NCBI GenBank assembly: GCA_951406725.2
Contig: OX597819.1
Location: 62,062,001-62,126,000, forward strand
Source: Octopus vulgaris
Lineage: Eukaryota
Length of the DNA stretch: 64,000 nucleotides
Direction of reading: 5' to 3'
A program made the position numbers and the translations under genes. The first letter of the stretch is position 1; every line of letters starts with the position of its first letter. Below the pieces are notes generated by a model. That model was not told where the DNA came from. It searched no databases and worked only from the letters and a program-made list of their open reading frames with translations. Below are positions 1 to 13,183 of this stretch, piece after piece.

Positions 1-142
1 ATCTAAGAAGGGAATATGTTGAATAAAATCATAATTAACTGATCCTCCTGTATTTTCTTTTACCCAAATCCAGGAACTTTTCAGCATTCTCTAGTATATA
101 TACATACACACACACACACACACATACACACATATACATATA

Positions 143-620
143 CCATCATCATTGTCATCATCTTTTAATGTCTGCTTTCCATGTTGGCATGGGTTAGATG
201 GTTTCACTGAGGAATGGCAAGCCAGGAGGCTGCGCCAGACTTCAATCTGTTCTGGCAAGGTTTCTACAGCTGGATGCCCTTCCTAACACCAACCACTCTG
301 TGAGTGTAGTGAGTGGGCCAATCAGGCGGCACTGGCATGGGAGCCAATCAGGCGGCACTGGCATGGGAGCCAATCAGGCGGCACTGGCATGGGAGCCAAT
401 CAGGCGGCACTGGCATGGGAGCCAATCAGGCGGCACTGGCATGGGAGCCAATCAGGCGTAACTGGCATTGACCACCCTCAAATGATGCTTTTTATGTGCC
501 ACTGGCACAGGTGCCAGTCAGTAGCACTGGCCTTGGCCATGACAACAATTTCGCTTGGCTCAAAATATTTTCTCAAGCACTGCATATTGCCTGACGATTG
601 AAAGGTACTTTTAAATGGAC
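143..620 (-). mobile_element. RTE 3'UTR-type repeat containing an internal 26-bp tandem array
   Basis: Shares ggatgcccttcctaac(g/a)ccaaccactc and the (CAT)n end with the 625-1420 element. Confidence 0.7.
317..469. repeat. 26-bp tandem repeat (gccaatcaggcggcactggcatggga) x ~6
   Basis: gccaatc recurs at 317, 343, 369, 395, 421 and 447. Confidence 0.95.
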
Positions 621-624
621 CACA

Positions 625-1420
625 TTATCATCATCATCATCATCATCATCGTTTAACGTCTGTTTTCCGCGCTAGCACGGGTTGGACGGTTCGACCGGGG
701 TCTGGGAAGCCAGGGGCCGCTCCAGGCTCCAGTCTGATCTGGCAGAGTTTCTACGGCTGGATGCCCTTCCTAACGCCAACCACTCCGCGAGTGGAGTGGG
801 TGCTTTTTACGTGCCACCTGCACAGGGGCTGGGGGGTCCGGCATCGGTCACGATCGGTTGGAGCTTTTAACGTGCCAGCGGCACGGGAGCCAGCCAAGGC
901 GGCGCTGGCAATGTTCGGATGGTCTTACCGGCTCAGAGGCCAGTTGGGGCAGCGCTGGCATCGGCCACGTTCGGATAGTACTTTTTATGTGCCACCGGCA
1001 CAGGCATCATAACTCCTATTTCCATTGATATTTATTTCGACGTTCATGTTCATGTACTTGACTCAACAGATCTCCTCAGGCACAGCAGGACTATCTGGGA
1101 TCCGGGGTACTTTGAATGGGCAGGGGCTATGAGGAACTGATGCAGGAAGCAGCCCGGGTCTTTGCAGTCACAGCATATCTCCAGAGATCTCGGTCCTTCG
1201 CCATTGCCTCAGTGAGGCCCAATGCTCTGAGGTCATGCTTGATTACCTCATCCCATGTCTTCCTGGGTCTACCTCTCCCCCTGATACCTTCAACTGTTTG
1301 GGAGTGGCACTTCTTCACACATCTCTCTTCATCCATCCGCAGCACATGACCATACCATCGCAAGCGTCGCTCTTGCACACCACATCTGATGCTTCTTATA
1401 TCCAGCATTTCTCTCAGGAT
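625..1420 (-). mobile_element. 5'-truncated RTE-clade LINE (ORF C-terminus, 3'UTR and (GAT)n tail)
   Basis: ORF 1127-1408: RRLRWYGHVLRMDEERCVKK...RGRGRPRKTWDEVI...DRDLWR is the typical RTE C-terminus. It is followed on the minus strand by a 3'UTR ending in (GAT)n at ~625-650. Confidence 0.88.
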
Positions 1421-2439
1421 GCTTACATATATATATATATATATATGTAAAGGTATGTAGAAAAATACAACATGGACAAGAACGTATAACTCTTAGAAGA
1501 CGACACAATAAACACGGACAGGACATTCGAAACCCTCAGTCTTCAGTCAAGAACCGGATCATCGTAGTAATTTCGGCTGTATATATTTGTGTGTCTGTGT
1601 TTGTCCACCCCATCTCAATTGCTTGCCAACTGATATTGGTGTGTTTGTGTCCCCATAACTTAGTGGTTCAGCAAAAGAGAACAATAGACTAAGTACTAGG
1701 CTTATAAAGAAGAAGTCCTGGGGTGGATTTGCTTGACTAAAAGTGGTGCTTCAGCATGGCCACAGTCAAATGACTAAAACAAATAAAAGTGTAAAAGAGT
1801 ACACAAAAAAAGCTAATCTTTCTCTCCCCCTCTCCCCACCTCTGTCTATGGTTGCATAGTTAAGAAGTTTACTTCCCGACCACATGATTTCACGTTCAGT
1901 CCCACTGTGTGGCACCTTGGACAAGTGCATTCTACTATAATCTACTATAATCATGGGTCAAGCAAAACCTTTTGAATGGATTTAAGAGGTAAAAACTGAA
2001 AGAAGCCCATCATATATGTATACACACACACACATACACTCACATGCATATATATATTCTTTTCTACTCTAGGCACAAGGCCCGAAATTTTAGGGGAGGT
2101 GGGGGCAGTCGATTAGATGAACCACAGTACATAAGTGGTATTTATTTATTGACCCCGAAAGGATGAAAGGCAAAGTTGACCTCCGAGGAATTTGAACACA
2201 TGCAGTTTTATATATATTCTTTTATTCATTTGCTTGTTTCACCCATTTGACTGTGACCATGCTGGAGCACTGCTTTGAAGGCTTTTAGTTGAACAAATCA
2301 ACTCCAGGACTTATTTTTTAAAGCTTAGTACTTATTCTGTCACTTTCTTTTGCTAAACTGCTAAGTTACAGGGATGTAAATATACCAACACTGGTTGACA
2401 AGTGGTGATGGGGGTGGGTGGACAAACACAGACACATAA

Positions 2440-2767
2440 GTGAAGGCATGTGGCTTATTGATTAGGGTATTCGAATCACAATCGTATGACCATGAGTTCA
2501 ATTCGCAGCGACTTGCTGAATCCTTGAGCGAGACACTTTATTATTTCACATTGCTCCAGTCCACTCAGCTGGCAAAAATCAGAAGTACTTGTATTTCAAA
2601 GGGACAGCCTTGTCACATTCTTTGTCATGCTAAATCTCCCTGAGAACTACATTAAGGGTACACGTGTCTGTAGAGTGCTCAGTCACTTGAACATTAATTT
2701 CATGAACAAGCTGTTCTGTTGATCGTATCAGCTGGGATCCTCATCGTCGTAGCCAACAAAGTGATTC

Positions 2768-2770
<3 letters not shown>
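2440..2770 (+). mobile_element. tRNA-derived SINE (family D; other copies ~11682-12010 + and ~19270-19600 -)
   Basis: A-box/B-box-like head (tggcttattgattagg...gagttcaattc) and a body shared by three copies in the window. Confidence 0.7.
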
Positions 2771-2810
<40 letters not shown>

Positions 2811-3176
2811 TCACAAACATGTATATTGTTATGTTTTAGGATGGTTACATTTTTCTCTTCCCGGATAAACACATGCACAATATAGTCATTTTTCACTTGT
2901 TTATTATTGTTCTTATTTTATGTCCTTTTGTCTGGAAATCTGTCGTCACACACTTGTGACCTCTTCAGTGACTCTCCATACCACATGTCTCCTTCTGTTC
3001 TGTTTAGTCCATATACATATATAAACTCATGTATATCTAGGTGTATATACACAGACACACACAAACACACACACATATATATATTATATATGTGTCTATC
3101 TTTATATATATATATATATATATATTATTGCATATGTGTGTGTATGTATGTATATATGTGTATATAAATGTGTGTG

Positions 3177-3207
<31 letters not shown>

Positions 3208-5399
3208 ACAAGTGGACAAATGAAGGAAGGAAGGACTCAATACATTTGGTAGGAATTAAACACATTATTAATTAAAGCAGTTTGATTCAGCCCTGTGCAA
3301 ATTAAAATTTCATCGATTTATCACAGGAACCTACAAAACTTTCGGTTTTCTGGGGCTCACTCAAACTGTTTTTAAACAATAACACACACACACACACAAA
3401 CACACATGCTCACACACATATGTATGTGTGAGTGTGTCTATGTGTACCTGCATTTGTGCTTCCTTGTCTTGACATCTTGCAATAGATAGAAATGAGTATC
3501 ATCATCATACACATGTCCCTCGTTAGGGATTAGAGCTGATTCCAAACACAAAATACTATATGCTTTTTCCCAGTGACAAACTGTTGCTGATCTTGAAAAA
3601 GGAGAAACAAGCAATAATAAATCTCTGCGTGAGATGTAAACAGTAGCAGCACGATATCGTGAAGTATATTTGCCACCTAAATGTGGCTGATCCATAGGGG
3701 ATGATGCTACTGTTGTTTATAACCCCAGGAAGACATCTCCTCCAGCTGGCTAACAACACACTGTCTGTGTCCAATCAGTATTTGTGAAGGGAAATCACTG
3801 TTCCCATCTCTATCACTTCTATCTTTTATTTGTTTTAATCATTAGACTGTGGCCATGCTGGGGCACTGTTTTGAAAATTTTTTTAGTCAAATGAAACAAC
3901 CCCAGTACTTATTTTTAAGTTAGGTGCTTATTCTATTGATCTCATTTGCCAAACTGCTATTTCCAGAATATAAATAAACCAACTTCAGCTGTCAAGTGGT
4001 TCAGGTGGGGAACAAGCACAAAAAGACACAAAAATGGATTTTCACAGACTTATTCATAATTTCATTATACACAATTTTGATTGATAAACAAAGTACACAA
4101 TACTTTTTTTTATATATTTTCCCTAGATGTTAAACTTTGTTTAAAAGAAAAATTACATCCCATTTGAAGTGTGCCATTAATTATTTTCACTTTCAAAACA
4201 AAGCGTGTTAGTAATTTTGTCTTTAATCTTTAGAGTGTCACAAAGTCAAGCGAAAATAAAACCGAGAGCCACTGAGCTAAGGGGATATGAAATCATAATG
4301 GTCTACTTCCTGGTATAGTGTTCTAATTTTACATAAAAAACACAAATAAAAGTGGTTGAGAGCCCAGCACCAAATCTGTTTTGTTGTTGCCAACAAGATG
4401 CTGGTTGTTATTGTTGTTGCTGTTGTGATGTTTAGAATAATTGTTCTTGTGTTTCATTGATGTAATCTTCTTGAGTAGACTTACATCACTCCATCTTAAA
4501 CATAAGCAAGAATTAATCAGCAAACACAAACAAGAGAAGTGTTGTTGTTTAATCGCAGATCATCCCTGCTCAAGCAGACCTATGACTGAATGTGATCTAG
4601 CCATAACCATCCTGTCTATTTACATGTTCAAGATCACACGATCCAGTGTGTCTTCTTTTCCTTTTCAAGACAGTCATATGTGATTCGAGGGATATTTGAC
4701 TGCTCTGTCCAATGCATTGAGCAACTACACAGAGACTCTGTTGATGGATTAATAAAACAAGCATACAACAATGTTCCGGAAAAGACATTTTTTAAAATTT
4801 TAAGGCAAGCTGGAAGAATTGTTAAAACATCAGAAAAACATGCTATGCAATATTTCTTCCAGCTCCTTCCATTCTGGTTTCAAATCCTGTCCTGGGTAAC
4901 CTAACTTTTTGGGGTCAATAAAATAAAGTACCTTTCTAAGTACTGGGGTCAATGGTATTAACTAACCCTTTCTACCTAATTATATATTTTGTGCTTTGTA
5001 AGAAATAATTAATAATGTTTAACAATTAACGAAGATCCCCCATGACGAAGGGCTTCTGTTGTTTACTCTTCATTAGTTCATTAGTGTTTTAGCCATGGCA
5101 TTCCCACCTCTATCACAGATATTGCAACATCTAAAATAGTTCATTGTCTGGATCAGTTTTTACTAGTTTCAGTCATTGGAGGGTGGCCATGCTGGGGTAC
5201 GACATTGACAGCTTTAGTCAGACAAATCAACCCCAGTACCTATTTTCTAAGTCTGGTACTTGTTCTTTCCCTCTCTAAAGCTCAACTGTTAAGTTACAGG
5301 GATGCAAACCAACCAACACCAATTGTCAAGCAGTAATGGGGACAAATACAACACACACATGCATGCATACATAAATATTTACACACACTCACATACACA

Positions 5400-5436
<37 letters not shown>

Positions 5437-5456
5437 ACACACACACCACACACATA

Positions 5457-6590
5457 CAGTGGTTGGATAAAATAATGGAAACACTTTAAAATTTCAAACA
5501 AATTTATTATAATATGGGGCAGAACTACCTTTGGCAGTAATTACAGCTTGAATTCTCTGATGTATGGACTCATACAAAGTTTGAATTATTTCCAAAGGAA
5601 TTTTTGTCCATTCTTCAGCTAAAATAGTCACCAGTTCTTGTAGTGATGATGGTAGAGGATATCGACTCCTTACTTGTTTTTCTAAAATGCACCATAAATG
5701 TTCAATTATATTTAGGTCCAGTGACTATGGTGGCCAGATATGATGCTCGACTTCAGTAGAATGTTCCTCGTGCCATTCAGTAACAACTTTAGATCTGTGA
5801 ATTGGTGCATTATCATCCTGAAATATTGCATTTCCCTCTGGAAGCAGTTCTGCAACCATAGGATGAATGTGATCAGATAAAATGCTTAAATAGTCTTGAC
5901 TATTAATTCTGCCATGAAGGGAAAACATTAGGCTGGTGGATTTCCAAGATATAGCTTCCCAGATCATCACAGATCCTTCTCCATGTTTAACAGTTGGAAG
6001 AAAGAAACCTGGGTTAAATGCTTCTTTTGGCTGTCTCCACACATATACACGGCTGGTGGTTGGAAATAAGGTAAACGATGACACATCCGAGAAAATAAGA
6101 TTCTTCCATTGCTCCTGGGACCAATTCTGTAGGTTTTTACTCCACTCTAAACACTTCACAACATTTGTTTTTGAAAGTAGTGGCTTCCTGATTGCAACCC
6201 TCCTGTGAAATTCAGCTTTGTGCAGCTCCTGGCATACAGATTTTGTGAAAACTGGGTTCTCGAGGTGGTCATTAAGCTCTGCAGTAATTTTGTAAGCTAT
6301 ACTTTTGTGATCCTTTCTAACAATCTGTGTAAGAGTCTGACAGTCACTATCTGAAAGTTTTGGTCTTTTTCCAGACTTTTGTTTCAACGAGGAGGTTTTT
6401 CCTTCTTTCTCAAAGGCTGTCATTACTTTTGAGACGGTACTTCCTGATACACCATACATTTCGGCTCTTTTCATTACTCTAGCGCCTGCCATACGAGTAC
6501 CAACAATTTGACTTCTTTGAAAGTCCAATAGATCTGTCATTTTAATGAATTTTAATTACATTTTTCTGATATCTGAAAAGAAACATCATA
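5457..6590 (-). mobile_element. Tc1-like DNA transposon, one terminus retained
   Basis: TA|CAGTGGTTGGATAAAATAATGGAAACAC terminus at 5455-5484 downstream of the transposase. The matching TIR is not found beyond 6540 (sequence runs into an (AT)n tract). Confidence 0.8.
5494..6540 (-). pseudogene. Tc1/mariner transposase pseudogene (single premature stop; D..D(36)E spacing)
   Basis: 271-aa ORF with HTH region, GKRPKLS, FSDVSSF, TVKHGEGSVMIW and FQDDNAPIH. It continues in frame past TAG (5725-5727) as SLDLNIIEHLW...IQAVITAKG. Confidence 0.92.
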
Positions 6591-6599
6591 AATATATAT

Positions 6600-6633
<34 letters not shown>

Positions 6634-6833
6634 CAGATATAGGGTGAAATATAATTAATTTAATAAAATCAACAAATTTCACCTAGTAGTATTTCGGTAT
6701 GGAAAAGGACCATATTCGTTAAGAATTTATATAATTATAATAATAATTATATAATAATTACATAATTATATAATTATAATAATAACTTGTTGCAAAAAAC
6801 CCTTATTATTATAATTATATATATATATATATA

Positions 6834-7849
6834 CTAGCAGTATCGCCCGGCGTTGCTTGGGTTTGTAAGGGAAATAACTATATAAGCATTTTTAGTGAGT
6901 TATAGCAAAAAAATCGCAAAAAATGCATTAAAAATGGAATAAAAAATGATGGTAATTTTTTTTTTAAATCGTAGACTCATCGTAGACATTTTTAGACAGT
7001 TACTTCCCTTATATAATAGTGAAAAATGCATTAAAATGGAATAAAAAATGATGGCTTATTTTTTTTTTTAATCGTTGACTCATCGTAGACATTTTTAGAG
7101 AGTTACTTCCCTTATATAATAGCGAAAAATGCATTAAAATGGAATAAAAAATGATGGTAATTTTTTTTTTAAATCGTAGACTCATCGTAGATGCGCGCTA
7201 ATACCCAGAAGGGCTCGATATGAATCACGACTATAAGATACCCGGTTTTGGTTACACTGCACCGCAAAATGTGGGAGTAGTTAGGAATCTAAATCTTAGG
7301 AGACAGACACACAACCTTACTTTTATATATAAAGATTTGTGCAACAACTAAAACATTCGGTTGTGCAAATTGTTTGCACAGGAAACCTGCCCTGTGGCAG
7401 TAATTGCCATTTTTGTGGATCTGTTTCAGCTTTTTTAGCGATTTCTGTTTTGACGACTTCAAGCCATGAAGTCGTTGTTCTAAAAGAACGCTGGTCTCCT
7501 TGACAACGCATTACGACGTTGATTTCCTTACACTCCCTTCCCCACAGCTTCACGAGGGAGGGAAAAAGGGGGAGAAGCAACGCAGGTGCAGGTGTGAGCG
7601 TGGACGCCAACTCCGCCGCCATCGACACACGAAAAATTATGCATTAAAATGGAATAAAAAATAATGTTAAATTATTTTTAAAATCGTAGACTCATCGTAG
7701 ACGCGCGCTAATACCCAGACAGGCTCGATATGAATCACGACTATAAGATACCCGAATTTGGTTAAACTGCACCGCAAAATGTGGGAGTAGTTAGGAATCT
7801 AAATCGAAGGGGACAGACACTCACACAACTACAGTTTTATATATATAGA
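6834..7849 (-). mobile_element. Non-autonomous Helitron (composite; internal ~97-bp repeats and a second 5' end near 7334)
   Basis: Minus-strand 3' end: hairpin cccaagcaacgccggg followed by CTAG (6834-6837). 5' ends read TC-TATATATA/TC-TTTATATATA on the minus strand at 7849 and ~7334. Confidence 0.8.
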
Positions 7850-8355
7850 CTAGCAGTATCGCCCGGCGTTGCTCGGGTTTGTAAGGGAAATAACTATATA
7901 AGCATTTTTAGAGAGTTACTTCCCTTATAGATGCCAATTTGGGCTTTCTTAGCCATTTCTGTTTTGGTGTCTTCAAGCCATGAAGTCGTTGTTCTAAAAG
8001 AACGCTGGTCTCCTTGACAACGCATTACGACGTTGATTTCTTTACACTCCCTTCCCCACAGCTTCACGAGGGAGGGAAGGGGGAGAAGCAAACAGGTGCA
8101 GCTGTGAGCGTGGACGCCAACTCCGCCGCCATCGACACACGAAAAATTATGCATTAAAATGGAATAAAAAATTATGTTAAATTATTTTTAAAATCGTTGA
8201 CTCATCGTAGACGCGCGCTAATACTCAGACGGGCTCGATATGAATCACGACTATAAGATACCCGAATTTGGTTAAACTGCACCGCAAAATGTGGGAGTAG
8301 TTAGTAATCTAAATCGAAGGGGACAGACACTCACACAACTACAGTTTTATATATA
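7850..8355 (-). mobile_element. Non-autonomous Helitron, head-to-tail with the previous copy
   Basis: CTAG at 7850-7853 with hairpin cccgagcaacgccggg. The body is ~90% identical by eye to 7425-7849. Confidence 0.8.
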
Positions 8356-9212
8356 TGTATATATACATACATGAAAGGCTTCCTCACAGTCAAAAGGCAT
8401 TGGTCAGCCTCCAGGAAATAGCAGAAAACATTTGTGCAAGGTGCCACACAGTGTGTTTGAACCTGAAACCATGTGGTTCTAAAGTGATCTTGTTAACTGA
8501 ACAGCCTTGCCAAAGACATAATACTTGTAATACGAAACATTGAATAAAAAACACAGATAGCTTGTATCCATGTCATGAAACCCTATTGATAAAACAATTT
8601 TAATACACTAGAAAACATTTTTTTACTTAAAATGAGCTTTCTTTCTTTCTTTCTTTCTTTTTTTCATTCTTTCTTTATTTCTTTCTTTCTTTCTTTCTTT
8701 CTTTTCTCATAACAATAATATAGACAGTGACTTTCAGCAATGACACATTGGGAAATTGGCTGATGTCTACATGCATGACATAAATATGCATATACATATG
8801 GTATGGGTGTGTAGAGTGTGTGTGTGTGTGTGTATGTGTGTGTGTTTATATATCTGTATGTGTATGAGTGTGTGTGTGTGTGTGTGCATGCATAAATACG
8901 TAAATACATAAATGCATATACAATAGATATATGTACACACACACATATATATGAATATACATCTTTACTTGATGCATGTATATATCAGCCAATTTGTTAG
9001 TGTGCCAAACCACTGTCTATGCTATTGTTATCTTATGTATGGTTGTGTGTATGTGTGTGTGTGTGTGTCTGTATATATATATATATCTATGTATGTACGT
9101 ATGTCAATGTTCAGTTTTATTTCAAGATTTCTTCTTGCCAATAGAAAGAGCTGGTTTCTAACCTAGATCCAAGGTTCCTTCATTGGAATTTCAACATCAA
9201 CAACAGGGTATT

Positions 9213-9452
9213 TTTGTATGTATGTGTGTATGTATGGTATGTATGCATGTATGTATGTACATATGTATGTGAGTATGTATGTATGCATGTATGTATGTAC
9301 GTATGTATGTATGTATGTATGTATGTATATATGTATGTATGTATGTATGTATGATGTATGTATGTATGTGTGTGTATGTATGTATGTATGTACATATGTA
9401 AGCATGCATGTATGTATGGACGAATGTATGTAAATACATATATATATATATA
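9213..9452. repeat. (ATGT)n microsatellite (similar at 15516-15590, 15830-15935, 23270-23360, 32218-32283, 33436-33505)
   Basis: Direct inspection. Confidence 0.95.
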
Positions 9453-9459
9453 CATTTAT

Positions 9460-9668
9460 ATCCTTCGCATCACCATGGCACTACTTCAAGAGTTTTTCAG
9501 TGAACAGATTACTTCAAAGATACTTTGGCCACCAAGATCACCTAATTTAACACTGCCAGACATTTTTTTTTTTGATGGGGAGTAAATAAAGGATCAGTTT
9601 ACATAAATCGCCTGAAAACCATTAAATACTTACTGCTGAGAAAATACTTACTTTTGAACACCCTGTAT
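9460..9668 (+). mobile_element. Mariner/Tc1-superfamily transposon 3' fragment
   Basis: Translates as ...ITSKILWPPRSPNLTLPDIFF (WPPRSPDL motif) and ends in gaacaccctgTA. Confidence 0.6.
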
Positions 9669-9685
9669 ATACACACATTTAGATT

Positions 9686-9751
<66 letters not shown>

Positions 9752-9754
9752 TAT

Positions 9755-9801
<47 letters not shown>

Positions 9802-10496
9802 TACACACATACATATATATTGACATTTAAAGTATGTAGATAGGGTTATAACCCAAGCTGTGTCAGATGAATATTACTTTGCCTTTCATCCTCTCAGGGT
9901 CGATAAAATAAGTTCCAGCTGAGCAGTGGAGTCAATTTAATCAACTTACCCCCACCCCACACACTGCTGGCCTTGTGCCAAAATTTAAAATCAAAATAAC
10001 AAAGTCCTTGAAGATGACAAGCTGGCAGAATCATTAGCATGCCAGGCAAAATGATTAGTGGTATTCCATCCATTTTTATGTTCTGAGTTCAAATTTTACC
10101 AAGGTCAGCTTTGCCTTTCATCCACCAAGGTTGATTTAACCAACCTACCCACTGCTCGAAACTTACTGGCTTAGTGCCAAAGTGTAAAACCAATATAGCT
10201 AAGTTCACCATCCCAATATGGCTGTAGACCAGTGACTAAAAAAATCATTAAAACGAGTGAGGAAATACAATCAGATCTTAATTGGTTTCTGTAAGATTAA
10301 CAAACGACTCATTTTCCTCCACCACCAACATACTTCGTTTTATGTATTTATATATTTGCTACTAATATGCTCCAATGCATCTTTATTTTTATATCTGAAG
10401 AAACTGCCTATAGTTGGGCCACATTCCCAGTGAACAAAGAGTAGTAGCTACCACAATAAGTTGTGCGCTTTAAAAAGTAAAGAACATATATCCATA

Positions 10497-10737
10497 ATAG
10501 AGTAATCCCTCGACAATTGCAGGTGTTATGTCCCAAAACCTCCCACAGAAATATTTAAAATATAAAAAAATATAAATACCTATTGGCTGCAGAAACCCAC
10601 GATATACTGGGGAGTTTGTGATATAAATTTACATTTATTAGCCAGAAAAATCTGCTTCGTTCTGAGTGCATGATAGGTGAACTGTGTTGTATTGAGTGCA
10701 GAATAGGTGAACCATGATATGGTGAGGGATTACTGTA
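10497..10737. mobile_element. Tigger/pogo-type MITE (related pieces at ~40004-40088 and ~63713-63920)
   Basis: Termini (ta)gagtaatccctcgac ... gagggattactg(ta): inverted ends with TA flanks. Confidence 0.6.
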
Positions 10738-10747
10738 TATGTATATT

Positions 10748-11610
10748 CTTTTTTACTCAGTCACAAGGCCCGAAATGGGAGAAGGGGCCAGTCGATTAGA
10801 TCGACCCCAGTACTCAACTGGTACTTAATTTATTGACACCAAACAGATGAAAGGCAAAGTTGACCTCAGCGGAATTTGAACTCAGTGTGTAAAGACGAAT
10901 GAAATACCTCTAAGCATTTTGCCCGGCAAGCTAACATTTCTGCCAGCTCACTGCCTTATTTGAAACCAATATTCTTTTCTAGTCTAGTCACAAGGCCCAA
11001 AATTTTTGGGGAGAGAGCCAGTCGATTAAATCAACCCAAAAGGATAAAAGGCAAAGTCAACCTCAGCAGAATTTGAACTCAGAACAGAAAGACAAACGAA
11101 AAACCGCTAAGCATTTCGCTTGGCATGCTAACGTTTCTGCCAGCTCACCACCTTATTTGAAACCAATATTCATTTCTGCTCTAATCACAAGTCCTGAAAT
11201 TTTGGGGGAGGGATCCAGTCGATTAGATCGACCTCAGTACGCAACTGGTATTTAATTTACCAACCCCCAAAAGGATGAAAGGTAAATTCGACCTCAGTTG
11301 AATTTGAGCTTAAAGACAGATGAAATACTGCTAAGCATTTCACCCGGCGGGCTAATGTTTCTGCTATTTCTGCCTTATTTGAAACCAATATTCTTTTCTA
11401 CTCTAATCACAAGGCCTGAAATTTTGGGGGAGGGAACCAGTCAATTACATCGACCCCAGTACACAACTAGTACTTAATCTATCGACTCTGAAAGGATGAA
11501 AGGCAAAGTTGACCTCGGTGGAATTTGAACGTAGAACGTAAAGACAGACGAAATATCATTAAGTATTTTGCCCGGTGTGCTAACATTTCTGCCAGCTCTC
11601 TGCCTTACTG
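10748..11610 (-). mobile_element. Head-to-tail cluster of four tRNA-derived SINEs (family B, MetaSINE-like central domain)
   Basis: Repeated ~200-230 bp units with B-box gagttcaaattcc and gactttgcctttcatcctttcggggtcgataaattaagtacc on the minus strand. Confidence 0.75.
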
Positions 11611-12639
11611 TATATGTATATTAGAAAACCTGAGCTGTCAATAATGATGGCGGATGTTTTACTAAGCTTTGTTATAAGTACAGTGAAGGCACATGGTTTA
11701 GTGGTTAGGATATTTGGCTCACAATGGTACGGTCATGAGTTCAATTCTTGGTGGCACATTGTGTCTTCAAGCAAGACATTTCATTTCTTGTTGTTCTAGT
11801 CTATTAAGCTGGCAAAAATGACTTGTCCTTGTAATTCAAAGAGGTCAGCCTCATCACATTCTGTGTCTAGCTGAATCTCCCAGAGAACCATGTCAAGGGT
11901 ATATGTGTCTGTGGAGTGCTCAACCACATGCACATTAATTTCACGAGCAGGCTGTTCCATTGATTGAATGAACCTGGAATACTTGTCATTGTAACTGACA
12001 GGGTACCAGCTATAATTCCAGTATTTTGGTTTGTATGTATGAATATTAGATTTTTTTCCCATTAGAGCTATTGTGGAAAAATGTACATGATGATCATGCT
12101 AATGAAAGTATGAGAATATAGATATAAATGCCAAAATAACAGGAAAATAAGAAAATTATGCCTATCACACCCCAAATATTATACAGGTTTGATTACTTTT
12201 AATATGATTCACCTGCTCTGCTGAGGTTGACTTTGCCTTTCATCCTTTCAGGGTTGATAAATTAAGTACCAATTGTGTACTGGGGTTGATCTAATCAACT
12301 GGCTCCCTCCCCGGACATTTTGAGCCTTGTGACTAGAGTAGAAAAGAATATTGGTTTCAAATAAGGCGGTGAGCTGGCAGAAACGTTAGCACGCCAGGTG
12401 AAGCGCTTAGCAGTATTTCGTCTGTCTTTCCATTCTGAGTTCAAATTTGACTTTACTTTTCATCCTTTATATTTATATTTATATATGTATATTAAGGGCA
12501 CATAAATGCCTCACACAATTTGAAAAGCCCACCTCTTACATAGATATATAAGAGTGAACATCTCTACGTACTATGTTGGATACATTTGGTGTTTGTGTGG
12601 TATGTTGATTTTGTTTATTTTTATGTGTCTTGATTATGC

Positions 12640-12699
12640 CTGCACTGACGATTAGAAAGTGGATTATGTACACTAACTATGAAATCATATGATTTGTGG
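12640..12699 (+). ncRNA. Type-I hammerhead ribozyme motif (copy 1)
   Basis: ctgca-CTGACGA-t-TAG aa AGTG[loop]CACT aa CTA-t-GAA-ATCATATGAT(palindrome)-T-tgtgg. Stems I, II and III can all be drawn. Confidence 0.6.
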
Positions 12700-13123
12700 C
12701 TGAATCTGTTTTTAAGGATTGGCTTCAAAGGTTGATTACCTCGCATTCAGTACACTATGCATTTATTATGGTCGTTTTGACTTTAAGAGTCCCTAACAGC
12801 ATGAGGCATTTACGTGTAGTAATGCCCTTAATATAAATACATATATTTAAAGGAAATAATTATAAATTTTTCCCTTATGAGGTTTTCACACTGACTACTT
12901 GATAAATTCTTATAAAGATTTTATCCTATTTTAAATTTTAAATTTAATGGGAATATATTCAGTGCTGAATTATTCTGAATATACACATTTACCGAAATGC
13001 AATTTGAACCCCCCACCTCTTACATAGATATATAAGAGTGAATATCTCTATGTACTATGTTGGATACATTTGGTGTTTGTCTGGTATGTTGATTTTGTTT
13101 ATTTTTATGTGACTTGATTATGC

Positions 13124-13183
13124 CTGCACTGACGATTAAAGAGTGCATTTTGTGCACTAATTATGAAATCATATGATTTGTGG
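13124..13183 (+). ncRNA. Type-I hammerhead ribozyme motif (copy 2)
   Basis: ctgca-CTGACGA-t-TAA ag AGTGCA[ttttg]TGCACT aa TTA-t-GAA-ATCATATGAT-T-tgtgg. Confidence 0.6.

Noticed and set aside
317-469. Short direct repeats resembling a CRISPR array
   Set aside because: Contiguous 26-bp tandem units with no unique spacers, inside a retroelement 3'UTR in eukaryotic DNA.
9163-9455. MYVC/HTYI-type ORFs (also ~3037, 15827, 21017, 23276, 33380, 39781, 42261)
   Set aside because: Translations of (ATGT)n, (TG)n and (TA)n microsatellites.
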